The notes below the pieces were generated by a model, which was not told the origin of the DNA, searched no databases, and saw nothing but the letters and a program-made list of their open reading frames with translations. Position numbers and translations under genes: made by a program. Shown here one piece after another: positions 37,180-47,096 of a DNA stretch of 64,000 nucleotides. This stretch comes from Pseudomonadales bacterium (GTDB taxonomy: Bacteria; Pseudomonadota; Gammaproteobacteria; Pseudomonadales; Azotimanducaceae), in assembly GCA_965116935.1 (NCBI GenBank), contig OZ220737.1:1011686-1075685 (forward strand), in the 5' to 3' direction. Each line of letters begins with the position of its first letter. The first letter of the stretch is position 1.

Positions 37180-40100
37180 TTCAATGAGGCCGCCTTCAAG
37201 CGAGGGCGGATCGCGACAACCCATTGTTTTAACGTACAAAAAGCGTCGACATGCGTCGCTCAAACGAAGGCCGGAGTCTGACTCCGGCGACAACCGAGAG
37301 AGTACGTCGTGTACGCGCGCGTGGAGCGGGGCGCTCAACGAAGGCCGGAGTCTGACTCCGGCGACAACCTGCTCGAGCGCGGTCAGGCACACCGCGACAG
37401 CCTCCGCTCAACGAAGGCCGGAGTCTGACTCCGGCGACAACCGGCAGTCGACCCAGGTGCCCAGGGAGGCGGAGGTGTCGCTCAACGAAGGCCGGAGTCT
37501 GACTCCGGCGACAACACGCTCCGGCTCCGACGACGCGCGACGTCCGCCGAACGCTCAACGAAGGCCGGAGTCTGACTCCGGCGACAACAACAACGCCCTC
37601 GGAGAACATGGCGCCGGTGAAGGCCGCTCAACGAAGGCCGGAGTCTGACTCCGGCGACAACCGCCACGCCGCGCACGCGGTCGCACGGCGGCGTGAACGC
37701 TCAACGAAGGCCGGAGTCTGACTCCGGCGACAACCTTGATGCGGGAGTCGTAGGCGACCAGCTTCGGAATCGCTCAACGAAGGCCGGAGTCTGACTCCGG
37801 CGACAACGCGCCTCGGCGCGCACCTTGCCCCACCGAGCCGTGTTCGCTCAACGAAGGCCGGAGTCTGACTCCGGCGACAACCGCGCCCACCGAACAGGCG
37901 CGGGCGCTCTATCAGGCGCGCTCAACGAAGGCCGGAGTCTGACTCCGGCGACAACAACCACCTTGCCGCCGACCAGCAGCTCAACCTTGTTGATCGCTCA
38001 ACGAAGGCCGGAGTCTGACTCCGGCGACAACGCGGCTGGAGATCGAGGCCGCCATAGCTGGATCCGTCGCTCAACGAAGGCCGGAGTCTGACTCCGGCGA
38101 CAACCCCTCGCCATGCTGGCCGCCCTTGTGGCTCTGTTGAGCGCTCAACGAAGGCCGGAGTCTGACTCCGGCGACAACACGTCCTCCGCCTGAGGGACGC
38201 CCGCCCTGTGCGACGCCGCTCAACGAAGGCCGGAGTCTGACTCCGGCGACAACCTGGAAAGCGCGCACGCCGACGCGGTTCGCCACCTCAACGCTCAACG
38301 AAGGCCGGAGTCTGACTCCGGCGACAACGCGACGATCTCGACGACCGCGTGGTGCAGGTGCCGGTCGCTCAACGAAGGCCGGAGTCTGACTCCGGCGACA
38401 ACGCGGTTGAAGCCCCCGGACTCGAGGGCGGGGAAGGCCGCTCAACGAAGGCCGGAGTCTGACTCCGGCGACAACCCGACCGTTCTCGAAGAAGTCCCGA
38501 AGCTCGTCACGCGCTCAACGAAGGCCGGAGTCTGACTCCGGCGACAACGTCCTCCAGACCCGTGCAGGACAGGAAACGCTTGGTCGACGCTCAACGAAGG
38601 CCGGAGTCTGACTCCGGCGACAACCCTTCGTGACCACCACCGCCATGCCCTTCGCCTGGTCCGCTCAACGAAGGCCGGAGTCTGACTCCGGCGACAACTG
38701 GGATGGGAGCCAGCGGGCACCGTGTCCTGCGTGTCCGCTCAACGAAGGCCGGAGTCTGACTCCGGCGACAACCGCCGCAGATCGCGCAACTGATTGCCGA
38801 CCACTTGGGCCGCTCAACGAAGGCCGGAGTCTGACTCCGGCGACAACTGCTCGATGATCCAGCCGCCCACGGCCATGCTCGCGGGCGCTCAACGAAGGCC
38901 GGAGTCTGACTCCGGCGACAACGTCCTCATCGGGCACCGCAACCCCACCGCAGCTCCACGCCCGCTCAACGAAGGCCGGAGTCTGACTCCGGCGACAACG
39001 CCTCCCGGGCTACATGGCGCGCGAGCACGCCCACTGCGCTCAACGAAGGCCGGAGTCTGACTCCGGCGACAACTTTGCGCCGGTGCGAGCGGGAGATGCC
39101 GGGGCGGTCCGCTCAACGAAGGCCGGAGTCTGACTCCGGCGACAACCCGCCCCCACAGAGCAAATCTAGGGCGTTTGCCGCCAACGCTCAACGAAGGCCG
39201 GAGTCTGACTCCGGCGACAACCCTTCGGGGCAGTCTCCTACGATCCGCAGCACGGGTTCGCTCAACGAAGGCCGGAGTCTGACTCCGGCGACAACGCGGT
39301 TTGTGGAGCGTCGGGAGCGTGGGCGCAGGTGGCGCGCTCAACGAAGGCCGGAGTCTGACTCCGGCGACAACCTCCCACGGCTGGTGGGCGTCCACGCTCA
39401 CGTTGACCGCTCAACGAAGGCCGGAGTCTGACTCCGGCGACAACCACCACCGCGTCCACGCACTCGAGCTCGCCGGCACCGCTCAACGAAGGCCGGAGTC
39501 TGACTCCGGCGACAACCGCCACCACAAAGCCCACCTTGCGACCATGCCCGGCCGCTCAACGAAGGCCGGAGTCTGACTCCGGCGACAACCGGACGTGGCC
39601 ATGCACGTGCGCGTCAGCCGGCAGCCGCGCTCAACGAAGGCCGGAGTCTGACTCCGGCGACAACTGCGACGCCGGCGTATGACTCGATACCCGCGTCTGC
39701 GCTCAACGAAGGCCGGAGTCTGACTCCGGCGACAACCAGGACGGCGCAAGCGGCATCGATGGCGGTTGCCGCGCTCAACGAAGGCCGGAGTCTGACTCCG
39801 GCGACAACCCCCGTGCAGGTAAACGTCCACGTCTCCGACGTGCTCCGCTCAACGAAGGCCGGAGTCTGACTCCGGCGACAACCATCAGGGGCGGTACGGT
39901 GTGGCCGACGAGTGGCTCGCTCAACGAAGGCCGGAGTCTGACTCCGGCGACAACCCGGGGTGGGAGCACGTGCACGAGTGCATCGGGCGGTGCGCTCAAC
40001 GAAGGCCGGAGTCTGACTCCGGCGACAACCGGCCAAGCCTGGCAGCCACAAGGCCGCGCTCGAGCACGCTCAACGAAGGCCGGAGTCTGACTCCGGCGAC

Positions 40101-41289
40101 AACTCCTCGGTCGAGATCGCGCCCTCGCCGATCGCCAGACGCGCTCAACGAAGGCCGGAGTCTGACTCCGGCGACAACTCGACGGCCACCACCGGCCAGT
40201 CCGGCTGCAGCTCGTCGGTCGCTCAACGAAGGCCGGAGTCTGACTCCGGCGACAACGTCCGCGATGCGCGTGTCGCGCTCGGACGTGCCGGCCGGCGCTC
40301 AACGAAGGCCGGAGTCTGACTCCGGCGACAACGCCTTGACCTGGTTCGCCACCGCCACCGTGACGCCCGGCGCTCAACGAAGGCCGGAGTCTGACTCCGG
40401 CGACAACTGGGCAGGCCGGGTGGCTTGAAAGGCGGCGTGCCCGGCCGCTCAACGAAGGCCGGAGTCTGACTCCGGCGACAACATTTGCGGCGGTGCGAGA
40501 GGGAGATGCCCCGGCGATCCGCTCAACGAAGGCCGGAGTCTGACTCCGGCGACAACCCGTAGCGGCCAGTGGCGCTAATGTCGATGAAGGTGACCGCTCA
40601 ACGAAGGCCGGAGTCTGACTCCGGCGACAACTCGTCCGCTGCAAGGGGCACGGCAAACGCTTGGTGCGCTCAACGAAGGCCGGAGTCTGACTCCGGCGAC
40701 AACCGGCTGGCCAAGCCGAATCCTTCCACTTCCGCTGTGCCGCTCAACGAAGGCCGGAGTCTGACTCCGGCGACAACCACTCCGATATGGCGCACGTGGC
40801 GCGCGTTCGTGGCCGCTCAACGAAGGCCGGAGTCTGACTCCGGCGACAACGCGGGGGCGGAGGGGCTGGTCGGGGTGGTCACGACCGCTCAACGAAGGCC
40901 GGAGTCTGACTCCGGCGACAACGGGTCACGGCACGCCGCTCAAGGAAACGATCAACCGCGCTCAACGAAGGCCGGAGTCTGACTCCGGCGACAACGCTCG
41001 ACTGCGAAATGTCCTCTCGCTTCACGCTGTGCGCTCAACGAAGGCCGGAGTCTGACTCCGGCGACAACCCTCCGAGCCGAGCTCGACGCCCTCGATCACC
41101 GTGACCGCTCAACGAAGGCCGGAGTCTGACTCCGGCGACAACGCTCGATGATCCAGCCGCCCGCCGCCAGCGTCGCGGGCGCTCAACGAAGGCCGGAGTC
41201 TGACTCCGGCGACAACCGTCGGCTCGGCCGCCGGCCCGTCGATCCCCGACGGCGCTCAACGAAGGCCGGAGTCTGACTCCGGCGACAAC
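37180..41289 (-). CRISPR. CRISPR array with 55 well-conserved 37-bp repeats plus one degenerate terminal repeat; spacers 36-38 bp
   Basis: The + strand repeat is cgctcaacgaaggccggagtctgactccggcgacaac, with period ~73. I counted repeats line by line (first at 37257 with a 1-nt insertion, last ending at 41289). A degenerate copy lies at ~37180-37220. Orientation is inferred from the cas2-proximal leader and the distal degenerate repeats. The transcribed repeat is GTTGTCGCCGGAGTCAGACTCCGGCCTTCGTTGAGCG. Confidence 0.97.
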
Positions 41290-41479
41290 TGCTAATTCGC
41301 GGAAAGCGGCATCCGGCGCCTGTCTTCCAGCCAAATCTGCCGCGTTGTGCGGCCTGCGACGAGCAAAGTGCACCAATCTTGGGCGAGAAACGGCCTAGAA
41401 GCTGGCATTGGTTGCTGACGAGCGACCCGAAAGATGCCATTCCGGTACGCGTACAGCGAATCACCGAGGGTTCGCAGCG
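41290..41479 (-). promoter_or_regulatory. Probable CRISPR leader
   Basis: 190-bp non-coding gap between cas2 and the best-conserved repeat, less GC-rich than its surroundings. No promoter was mapped. Confidence 0.6.
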
Positions 41480-41770
41480 CTACAGCAGCCAAGGATCGCC
41501 GAGCGTATGTGCGCCATCTCGTCCAATCCGTAGCGTGGCGTCCTCCACTCCACCCGGGAAACGGTAGATCAGCACTGAGTCGACATTGTGGTCAACAATG
41601 TCGCGGATGTCGCCGATCAGCCTCGCCAGTCGCGTCTTCGAGAGCCTGCACTCGAACACTGAGTACTGCACTCGTTGACCGTACCTCTCGCAAACATCCG
41701 CCATTCGCCGAAGCCGTATCGCACCCGTTGTCTCGGTGTCTGCAATGTCGTATGTGACCAGGACGTCCAT
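41480..41770 (-). CDS. cas2: CRISPR-associated endoribonuclease Cas2
   Basis: MDVLVTYDIADTETTGAIRLRRMADVCERYGQRVQYSVFECRL..: ferredoxin-like Cas2 signature, 96 aa. Confidence 0.92.
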   Translation of the reverse strand: MDVLVTYDIADTETTGAIRLRRMADVCERYGQRVQYSVFECRLSKTRLARLIGDIRDIVDHNVDSVLIYRFPGGVEDATLRIGRDGAHTLGDPWLL

Positions 41771-41774
41771 GCAT

Positions 41775-42791
41775 TCACGCGAGCACGAATGGTGGGTACG
41801 CTGATAGGTCTCCACGCAAGTGACGGGCGAGCAGGGTCGCCTGCACTGACGGAAGAGCCCAGCGGCCCACAACATGCCCAAGTACCCGATGTGGCACCTC
41901 TGTCTCCTTGTGTTCCTCCCATGCACGGATCAACGCTTCCCTGCCGGGCTCGGTGAGATACACGGCCCCACCGGGCACCGTTTGAAAGCTGTCTCGCGCC
42001 ACCTGTCGTCGGCGCACCAGCGACACCACGAAGCGGTCGGTTAAGGCCCGCAGCTCCTCTGCCAAGTCGAGGGCGAGCGAAGGGCGACCCGAACGAGGGC
42101 GATGGAAGAATCCCATTTGATAGTCTAGACCTACGCTTTCGAGGGCGCCGATACACTCGGCGACAAGCAAACCGTAGCAGAAGCCGAGTGTCGCGTTGAT
42201 CGGGTCGCGTGGGGGACGCCGAGTCCTCGTCGAGAACCCAAGTTCAGCCGATTCGACCACTCGACCCATTGCCCTGAAGTAGATCCTCGCTGCGTCCCCT
42301 TCGACTCCCCGCACATGGTCTGGCGTTTGTGCGTCCTCCAAGCGAGACACCCGCGACCGGATCTGGTCCGCGCGCCGTGCGAGGGCCTCGCTCTCCTCAT
42401 GGTCCTGCTCATCCCGCGACCACCTGCCCACAACCCGGGCGCTGCTCTGGAGCTTGGCGGCTACCACTGCCTTGGCCATGCGGAGCGCACGGAAGTCGTC
42501 CTCGACGACGCGATAGAGCGCCATGCGCAAATGCACATTGCCTCCGGTCGCCCCGTTGACCATGAAGCGAACCGCGCCATTGCGGCGCAGTGCCGCTACG
42601 CGAACACCCCGTCCTACGCAGGCGTCTATCGCCTGCATCGTCATCTGGGCTCCGCCAAGCAGCACGACGGCGTCGATCCCCTCGAGTGGCACGCGCTGCT
42701 TGCCTTCAGGCCGAGAGACGATGAGCGATCCACGCCTGTGGCCAATTCGAGCCTTGTGGCTGCGAACGTAGAGCGTGCTCAGGTAGCGCAT
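41775..42791 (-). CDS. cas1: CRISPR-associated endonuclease Cas1
   Basis: MRYLSTLYV..GSLIV ... RRPPRDPINATLGFCYGLL ... LDYQMGFFHRPRSGRPSLALDLAEELR. 338 aa. Confidence 0.93.
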   Translation of the reverse strand: MRYLSTLYVRSHKARIGHRRGSLIVSRPEGKQRVPLEGIDAVVLLGGAQMTMQAIDACVGRGVRVAALRRNGAVRFMVNGATGGNVHLRMALYRVVEDDFRALRMAKAVVAAKLQSSARVVGRWSRDEQDHEESEALARRADQIRSRVSRLEDAQTPDHVRGVEGDAARIYFRAMGRVVESAELGFSTRTRRPPRDPINATLGFCYGLLVAECIGALESVGLDYQMGFFHRPRSGRPSLALDLAEELRALTDRFVVSLVRRRQVARDSFQTVPGGAVYLTEPGREALIRAWEEHKETEVPHRVLGHVVGRWALPSVQATLLARHLRGDLSAYPPFVLA

Positions 42792-43396
42792 CCAAACACT
42801 GCTTCGGACATGTACCGCTCGATTCTGCGCGACGTGCTTGTGGGGCCGGGGAGACAGTGATTGAAGAGTTGACACTCCTTGCAGCGGCCATCGTTGACGG
42901 CGACCGGCAGGTCGCCCGTCAACAGTTGTTCGCGAATGGCCGCGACGATGCCGTTCAGTTGCTCTCGGAGCGAAACCGTGAACGCCACTGCGACGCGTCG
43001 CCTCGGGCCTCCATACCACACGCTTCCCGAGGGGATCTCGACATCCAGCATTTCTTCCAAGCACAGCGCCTGTGCGCAGAGCTGTAGGTCGGCCGCGAGC
43101 CCGTGTCGCGTACCGGATTTGTACTCCACAGGGTGAATGTCATGGCCCACGACCTCAACGACATCGGCTCGACCGGTCAAACCGAACGTCTCCGACCAAA
43201 GAGGAATCCCGCGGAGGACAAGCTTGCCGCGTTCGGTGCGGTGTTTTCCGCTGTCCACGCGACGATGCGCACGGGTGCCGCGGATGGTGTGCGCGTTGTC
43301 GCTCCAAACTCCGTCGCAGTGGATCAGAGCGCATTGTCGCGGGCAGTAGGCGAAATGCTCGATGGCAGAAATCGGCACTGGCGGATCAGGAGTCAT
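42779..43396 (-). CDS. cas4: CRISPR-associated exonuclease Cas4 (stand-alone)
   Basis: ISAIEHFAYCPRQCAL, RADVVEV..HPVEYKSG (D..ExK), C-terminal CKECQLFNHC cysteine cluster. 205 aa. Confidence 0.88.
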   Translation of the reverse strand: MTPDPPVPISAIEHFAYCPRQCALIHCDGVWSDNAHTIRGTRAHRRVDSGKHRTERGKLVLRGIPLWSETFGLTGRADVVEVVGHDIHPVEYKSGTRHGLAADLQLCAQALCLEEMLDVEIPSGSVWYGGPRRRVAVAFTVSLREQLNGIVAAIREQLLTGDLPVAVNDGRCKECQLFNHCLPGPTSTSRRIERYMSEAVFGCAT

Positions 43397-44286
43397 AGTT
43401 GCTCGGCGCCAATGGCGCGGGTTGGATCGGCCTGCGCCCGACTCCGATAGCGGACGCTGCGCCATCCGGCATGCACTCCTGTCGATCGCCATGTGGCACG
43501 CTGCCAAGGGTCCCAGATGTCCATAAGGGCGTCGATGCCCCATGCGTCAAGCGGTTGCGCCCAAGCGGGCCATAGGAACTCTCGCGGATCGCGGCTGCCA
43601 GGAAGGCTGCGCCAAGCCCTCTGCCTCTCGTCTGGATTGCGGTCCTTTCGCTCGGCACCCCTACCGCGCATGGGAAAAAGCGCCAAGCCAAAGAACGCCA
43701 GCAATTCAACGACGGGTTCAACCCAACGATCCGTCTTGTCCGCGAGCGATCCGAGACGGCTCTGGTCGAACCCCAAGCCGTTATCTTGAACACGGCTCGC
43801 CACTCCCGTCAGCGATGCATGAAGGCGCGGTCGAGATAGCGGGCCAACCTTCTCATGAAGCCGCAGGACGCGATAGTGAAGCCATTTGATCTTCCCCGGG
43901 CCAGCCGCATCAAAGGGCGCATGGGCAACTTTGCCATGTTGATCCACGCTCAGGTCTGTCAATGTGGAGGACAGGGCCCAAGAATGCTGCGTGCTGCGCG
44001 CTGCAATTGCCCGCTCACGAAAGTCATCCACCGTAACCTGACGTTCCAGCTTGCAGGCATTCCGCCAGACGGCGGCTATCGGCAAATCGTCCAGCAGTTC
44101 CCGTGTCGGCCACGACTCCGCCAACGCATCGACCGGGTCGAGCGACTCGGCGGAAAGAACGGCAACCGAAGTGCCTTCCGTTGTCCAATGCAGCCGCAAA
44201 CGCGGATCCAGCACCGTAGCACCCACGGCAGCCAACCAGCCATTGACCCATCCGGCCGGCAGACCGGCGCATACCAGTTCGCTCAT
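43393..44286 (-). CDS. 297-aa cas-operon protein of uncertain identity (possibly Csb3 / reduced Cas8u-like)
   Basis: ATGA overlaps with both the cas3 stop and the cas4 start. No motif I can assign. Its position between cas3 and cas4 is where I recall Csb3 in some I-U/Dpsyc-type loci. Confidence 0.4.
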   Translation of the reverse strand: MSELVCAGLPAGWVNGWLAAVGATVLDPRLRLHWTTEGTSVAVLSAESLDPVDALAESWPTRELLDDLPIAAVWRNACKLERQVTVDDFRERAIAARSTQHSWALSSTLTDLSVDQHGKVAHAPFDAAGPGKIKWLHYRVLRLHEKVGPLSRPRLHASLTGVASRVQDNGLGFDQSRLGSLADKTDRWVEPVVELLAFFGLALFPMRGRGAERKDRNPDERQRAWRSLPGSRDPREFLWPAWAQPLDAWGIDALMDIWDPWQRATWRSTGVHAGWRSVRYRSRAQADPTRAIGAEQL

Positions 44287-47096
44287 TCGTAGTGTTCCTC
44301 AGAGTCCTGAACGCCTGCCGAGACGGCGTGGTCGGCGCGAATGACAATCGCCTCCAATAGCGCAAGGCCCCAAGGACCCAGATGTGCGTCAAGCCTTCGG
44401 AACCTGGCTGGCTGGCTCCAGTCAGTGAGTGCTAGGTCGGCGCTCGCCTCCACGGCCATGCCTTGCACTGTGCCCAGCACCGTTGCCAATGTACCGTCGT
44501 CTGCTGGCTTGACCAGCGGCCGGCCCTTTCCGTGGTGGCTTATCACCAAATGCACCAGCAGGTCTCGTTCGATGGGCTTGCCCCAATCGGGGCTGCGTTC
44601 GAGCCACGCGCGCACTAGCCGGGCGGAGAGGTCTTCGTGACGACCACCGCGGGGCCAGCCGGCTCGACGTCGCTTCGCCTCCCACAGATGTCTTGGCGTG
44701 TCCGACTTTGCGAGTAGCGGGCCTGTCGGTTGGTCTTCGGACGAAAGCCACCGCTGAAAGCGTGCGTCCGCCTTGCCGATGTCGTGGAGCGTAGCCGCAA
44801 GTTTGACGGTTCGCTGTAGGTCCGGCGGCAGTCCGAGCCGGTCTGCGATCGCGCCTGCTCGGTTGCCGACGGAACTGCCGTGTCGATCCAGTTCCACCGC
44901 CGCAGGGCCGAGCGAGAACTCGTCAAAGTCATCGGTAGGCGGCTCGCTCACCGAGTGCGGCAAGCGAAGGCGCGGCACTTCATTGCGGGGTTGCAGGACT
45001 CGCGGGGTCAATGCGTGCGTATAGGTCGCCCATTCCCCCTGCTCCCAGCCGCTCGGAGCTGGCGCTTCCTTGAGGGCGGCCAAGAACTCCCGCACGGCCT
45101 GCTCGCGGTCCGACTCATCGAAGTCGTCTGCGTCGTCAACGTCGCCCAACGCCGCCGCGATCCACTGTTTCGCCCCCAAGCCGCACAACCGTTGAATGGC
45201 CTGTGCATCCAATGGCAAGCCCAAGTTTCGTAGCGACACATCCTCGACAGGGGCCGAGGAGGATGGGTTCCATCCATAATCGTCCATCAATCCCCGGTCC
45301 GTCGCCAACACGAGCCGGTCGCCAGGTCGCAGGTCAGCGACTGGCACGGTTTCGACTGTGACGCCATCCGAGGTGATCCGGCACACATCCTCCTCCTCCG
45401 CGAAAACCTCACGCAGTTCCCCGAGGGGTACATCAATCGCCTCGCGGTCACGCGGTCGAGGCCAAAGCCGTGTGCCGGGACCGGGCACATGGATGCGCCA
45501 AAGCACTGAAGCGGCGAACTGGGGTGCAGCGATGCCGCTGAAGTAGGGCTCTACGGGTGCCTCCCCGTCTGGAGGTGTGGTGGTCTTTGTCCATTCCCAC
45601 AGGAGTCCCGGCAACACTTCCGGTGCTCGGCCTGGATCGTCGCCCGGCGGTCCCAAAACGGCTTTCACGACCCGCGGCGATAGGTCAGTGTTGTCGTTCT
45701 GGCCGCACGCTGCTTGCAGTCGCTTCAGCACGGTCGCGGGCTCCGACCCATACACGGGCCAAGACTCGGACGTACCCTTTTGCCCGCGTTGCTTTGGTGG
45801 AGGCAAATGAATGTACGTTGCGCGAGCGTGCGGGAAACCACCGAGGCGATTGAGTCGCCCAAGCCGCTGCGTTAGGGCGCGGACGCCACATTGCTCGGTT
45901 ACGAGATACTCCGCATCCAGGTCTGCACCCACTTCGAGCGTTTGCGTAGCCACCACGACAAGGTGTTGTGTGCGTGTTTGCGCATCCCTGCCTGCCGCCA
46001 TGCCCGTGCCCGGGTCGAGAACTCGCTGGCGGATGCGCTGTGCCTCTCGCTCCCGCATGAGCCCGGTCAGCAGCAGAACATCGGCATGTGCAAGTGACGG
46101 TGTCTTCTGCAAGCGCTCGAAGGTCTCCCGCGCCGTGCGGGGAGAGTTGGCAAACACGAGGCAGGTGACCGGTCTGGAGCTTGCCACGATGAGATCCAGC
46201 GCGGCATCGGCGAGCAACTTGGCCGCGTCGCCACGACTCTCCACGCGAACTCGCGTCGGTTTGGCCGCATCGAGACGTTCGCGTACGACGGCATGGGCCT
46301 CGTCGTCCGCGTCCAGACAGAACCGATCGGATGCGCCGGCATCGCCGGTGGCGGTGAGCGCCACGAGTTGCGGTCGCGCACGCCCTCCGCCGAGGTATTC
46401 CCGCGCTTGTGGATGGCATTCGGCAAGCGCTGGGACAAGAGCCTTCAGGTGGGGGACAAGATGCGCCTCGTCGAGCAGGACCAGACTGTCCGTCCCGGCC
46501 ATGGCGGCATCGACCGAGCGCCTTCGAGAACCGTAGCCCCGGAACAGCAACCGGGACCCATACATAGGCAGAGTGCAGAGAATGATGGTTGGACGTGCCG
46601 CATCGGTGGGGGAATGCGAGGAGATGCCACCGCGTAGGGCGATGACGTGGAGCGGGGCCGCGCTTGTATCCACCCAAAACGAACGCAGTCGGTGAGCCAT
46701 CCGTTCGAGGACTTCTCGCGCCGAGCCATCGAGGTCGTCGGACGCCGGGTCGCTCAGCGCGGCGGCGATTCGTCGTGCGTGGTCGGCTGTAGAGTCCACC
46801 AACAAACGACGGTTGACCACCCACCAGATTCGCGTGGGTGCCGTGCGATGGGCTGGTGCCCGATCCGCTTGCGATGCCAGCCACCAGACGGCAATGTCCA
46901 GGCATGCGGTCTTGCCAAGCCCGGTCGGCACGCCGATCTCGCCCCTCCACCGCCCTTCCTTGACGACGAGATCGGCCAAACGGACCTGCCACGGAAACGG
47001 ATCGCGTCGGTTGATGGCGCGGTAGAACTCCGAGAACGTCGGCAAGGCAGGCAGCCCATCCGATCCTGCGTCGCCGGTTTGCACGTCGTCAGTCAT
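44283..47096 (-). CDS. cas3: Cas3 helicase with a C-terminal HD nuclease domain (type I-G/I-U style)
   Basis: VPTGLGKT (motif I), VLLDEAHL (motif II), and C-terminal LAATLHDIGKADARFQ and VISHHGKGRP (HD). Start at MTDDVQ (ATG 47096), overlapping the csb2 stop by 8 nt. Confidence 0.88.
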   Translation of the reverse strand: MTDDVQTGDAGSDGLPALPTFSEFYRAINRRDPFPWQVRLADLVVKEGRWRGEIGVPTGLGKTACLDIAVWWLASQADRAPAHRTAPTRIWWVVNRRLLVDSTADHARRIAAALSDPASDDLDGSAREVLERMAHRLRSFWVDTSAAPLHVIALRGGISSHSPTDAARPTIILCTLPMYGSRLLFRGYGSRRRSVDAAMAGTDSLVLLDEAHLVPHLKALVPALAECHPQAREYLGGGRARPQLVALTATGDAGASDRFCLDADDEAHAVVRERLDAAKPTRVRVESRGDAAKLLADAALDLIVASSRPVTCLVFANSPRTARETFERLQKTPSLAHADVLLLTGLMREREAQRIRQRVLDPGTGMAAGRDAQTRTQHLVVVATQTLEVGADLDAEYLVTEQCGVRALTQRLGRLNRLGGFPHARATYIHLPPPKQRGQKGTSESWPVYGSEPATVLKRLQAACGQNDNTDLSPRVVKAVLGPPGDDPGRAPEVLPGLLWEWTKTTTPPDGEAPVEPYFSGIAAPQFAASVLWRIHVPGPGTRLWPRPRDREAIDVPLGELREVFAEEEDVCRITSDGVTVETVPVADLRPGDRLVLATDRGLMDDYGWNPSSSAPVEDVSLRNLGLPLDAQAIQRLCGLGAKQWIAAALGDVDDADDFDESDREQAVREFLAALKEAPAPSGWEQGEWATYTHALTPRVLQPRNEVPRLRLPHSVSEPPTDDFDEFSLGPAAVELDRHGSSVGNRAGAIADRLGLPPDLQRTVKLAATLHDIGKADARFQRWLSSEDQPTGPLLAKSDTPRHLWEAKRRRAGWPRGGRHEDLSARLVRAWLERSPDWGKPIERDLLVHLVISHHGKGRPLVKPADDGTLATVLGTVQGMAVEASADLALTDWSQPARFRRLDAHLGPWGLALLEAIVIRADHAVSAGVQDSEEHYE

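Noticed and set aside
37229-41376. Dozens of 60-290-aa ORFs on both strands containing RRSQTPAFVER / VVAGVRLRPSLS / QRRPESDSGDN / LNEGRSLTPATT
   Set aside because: These peptides are simply the CRISPR repeat translated in different frames. The ORFs exist only because the repeat and many spacers lack stop codons.
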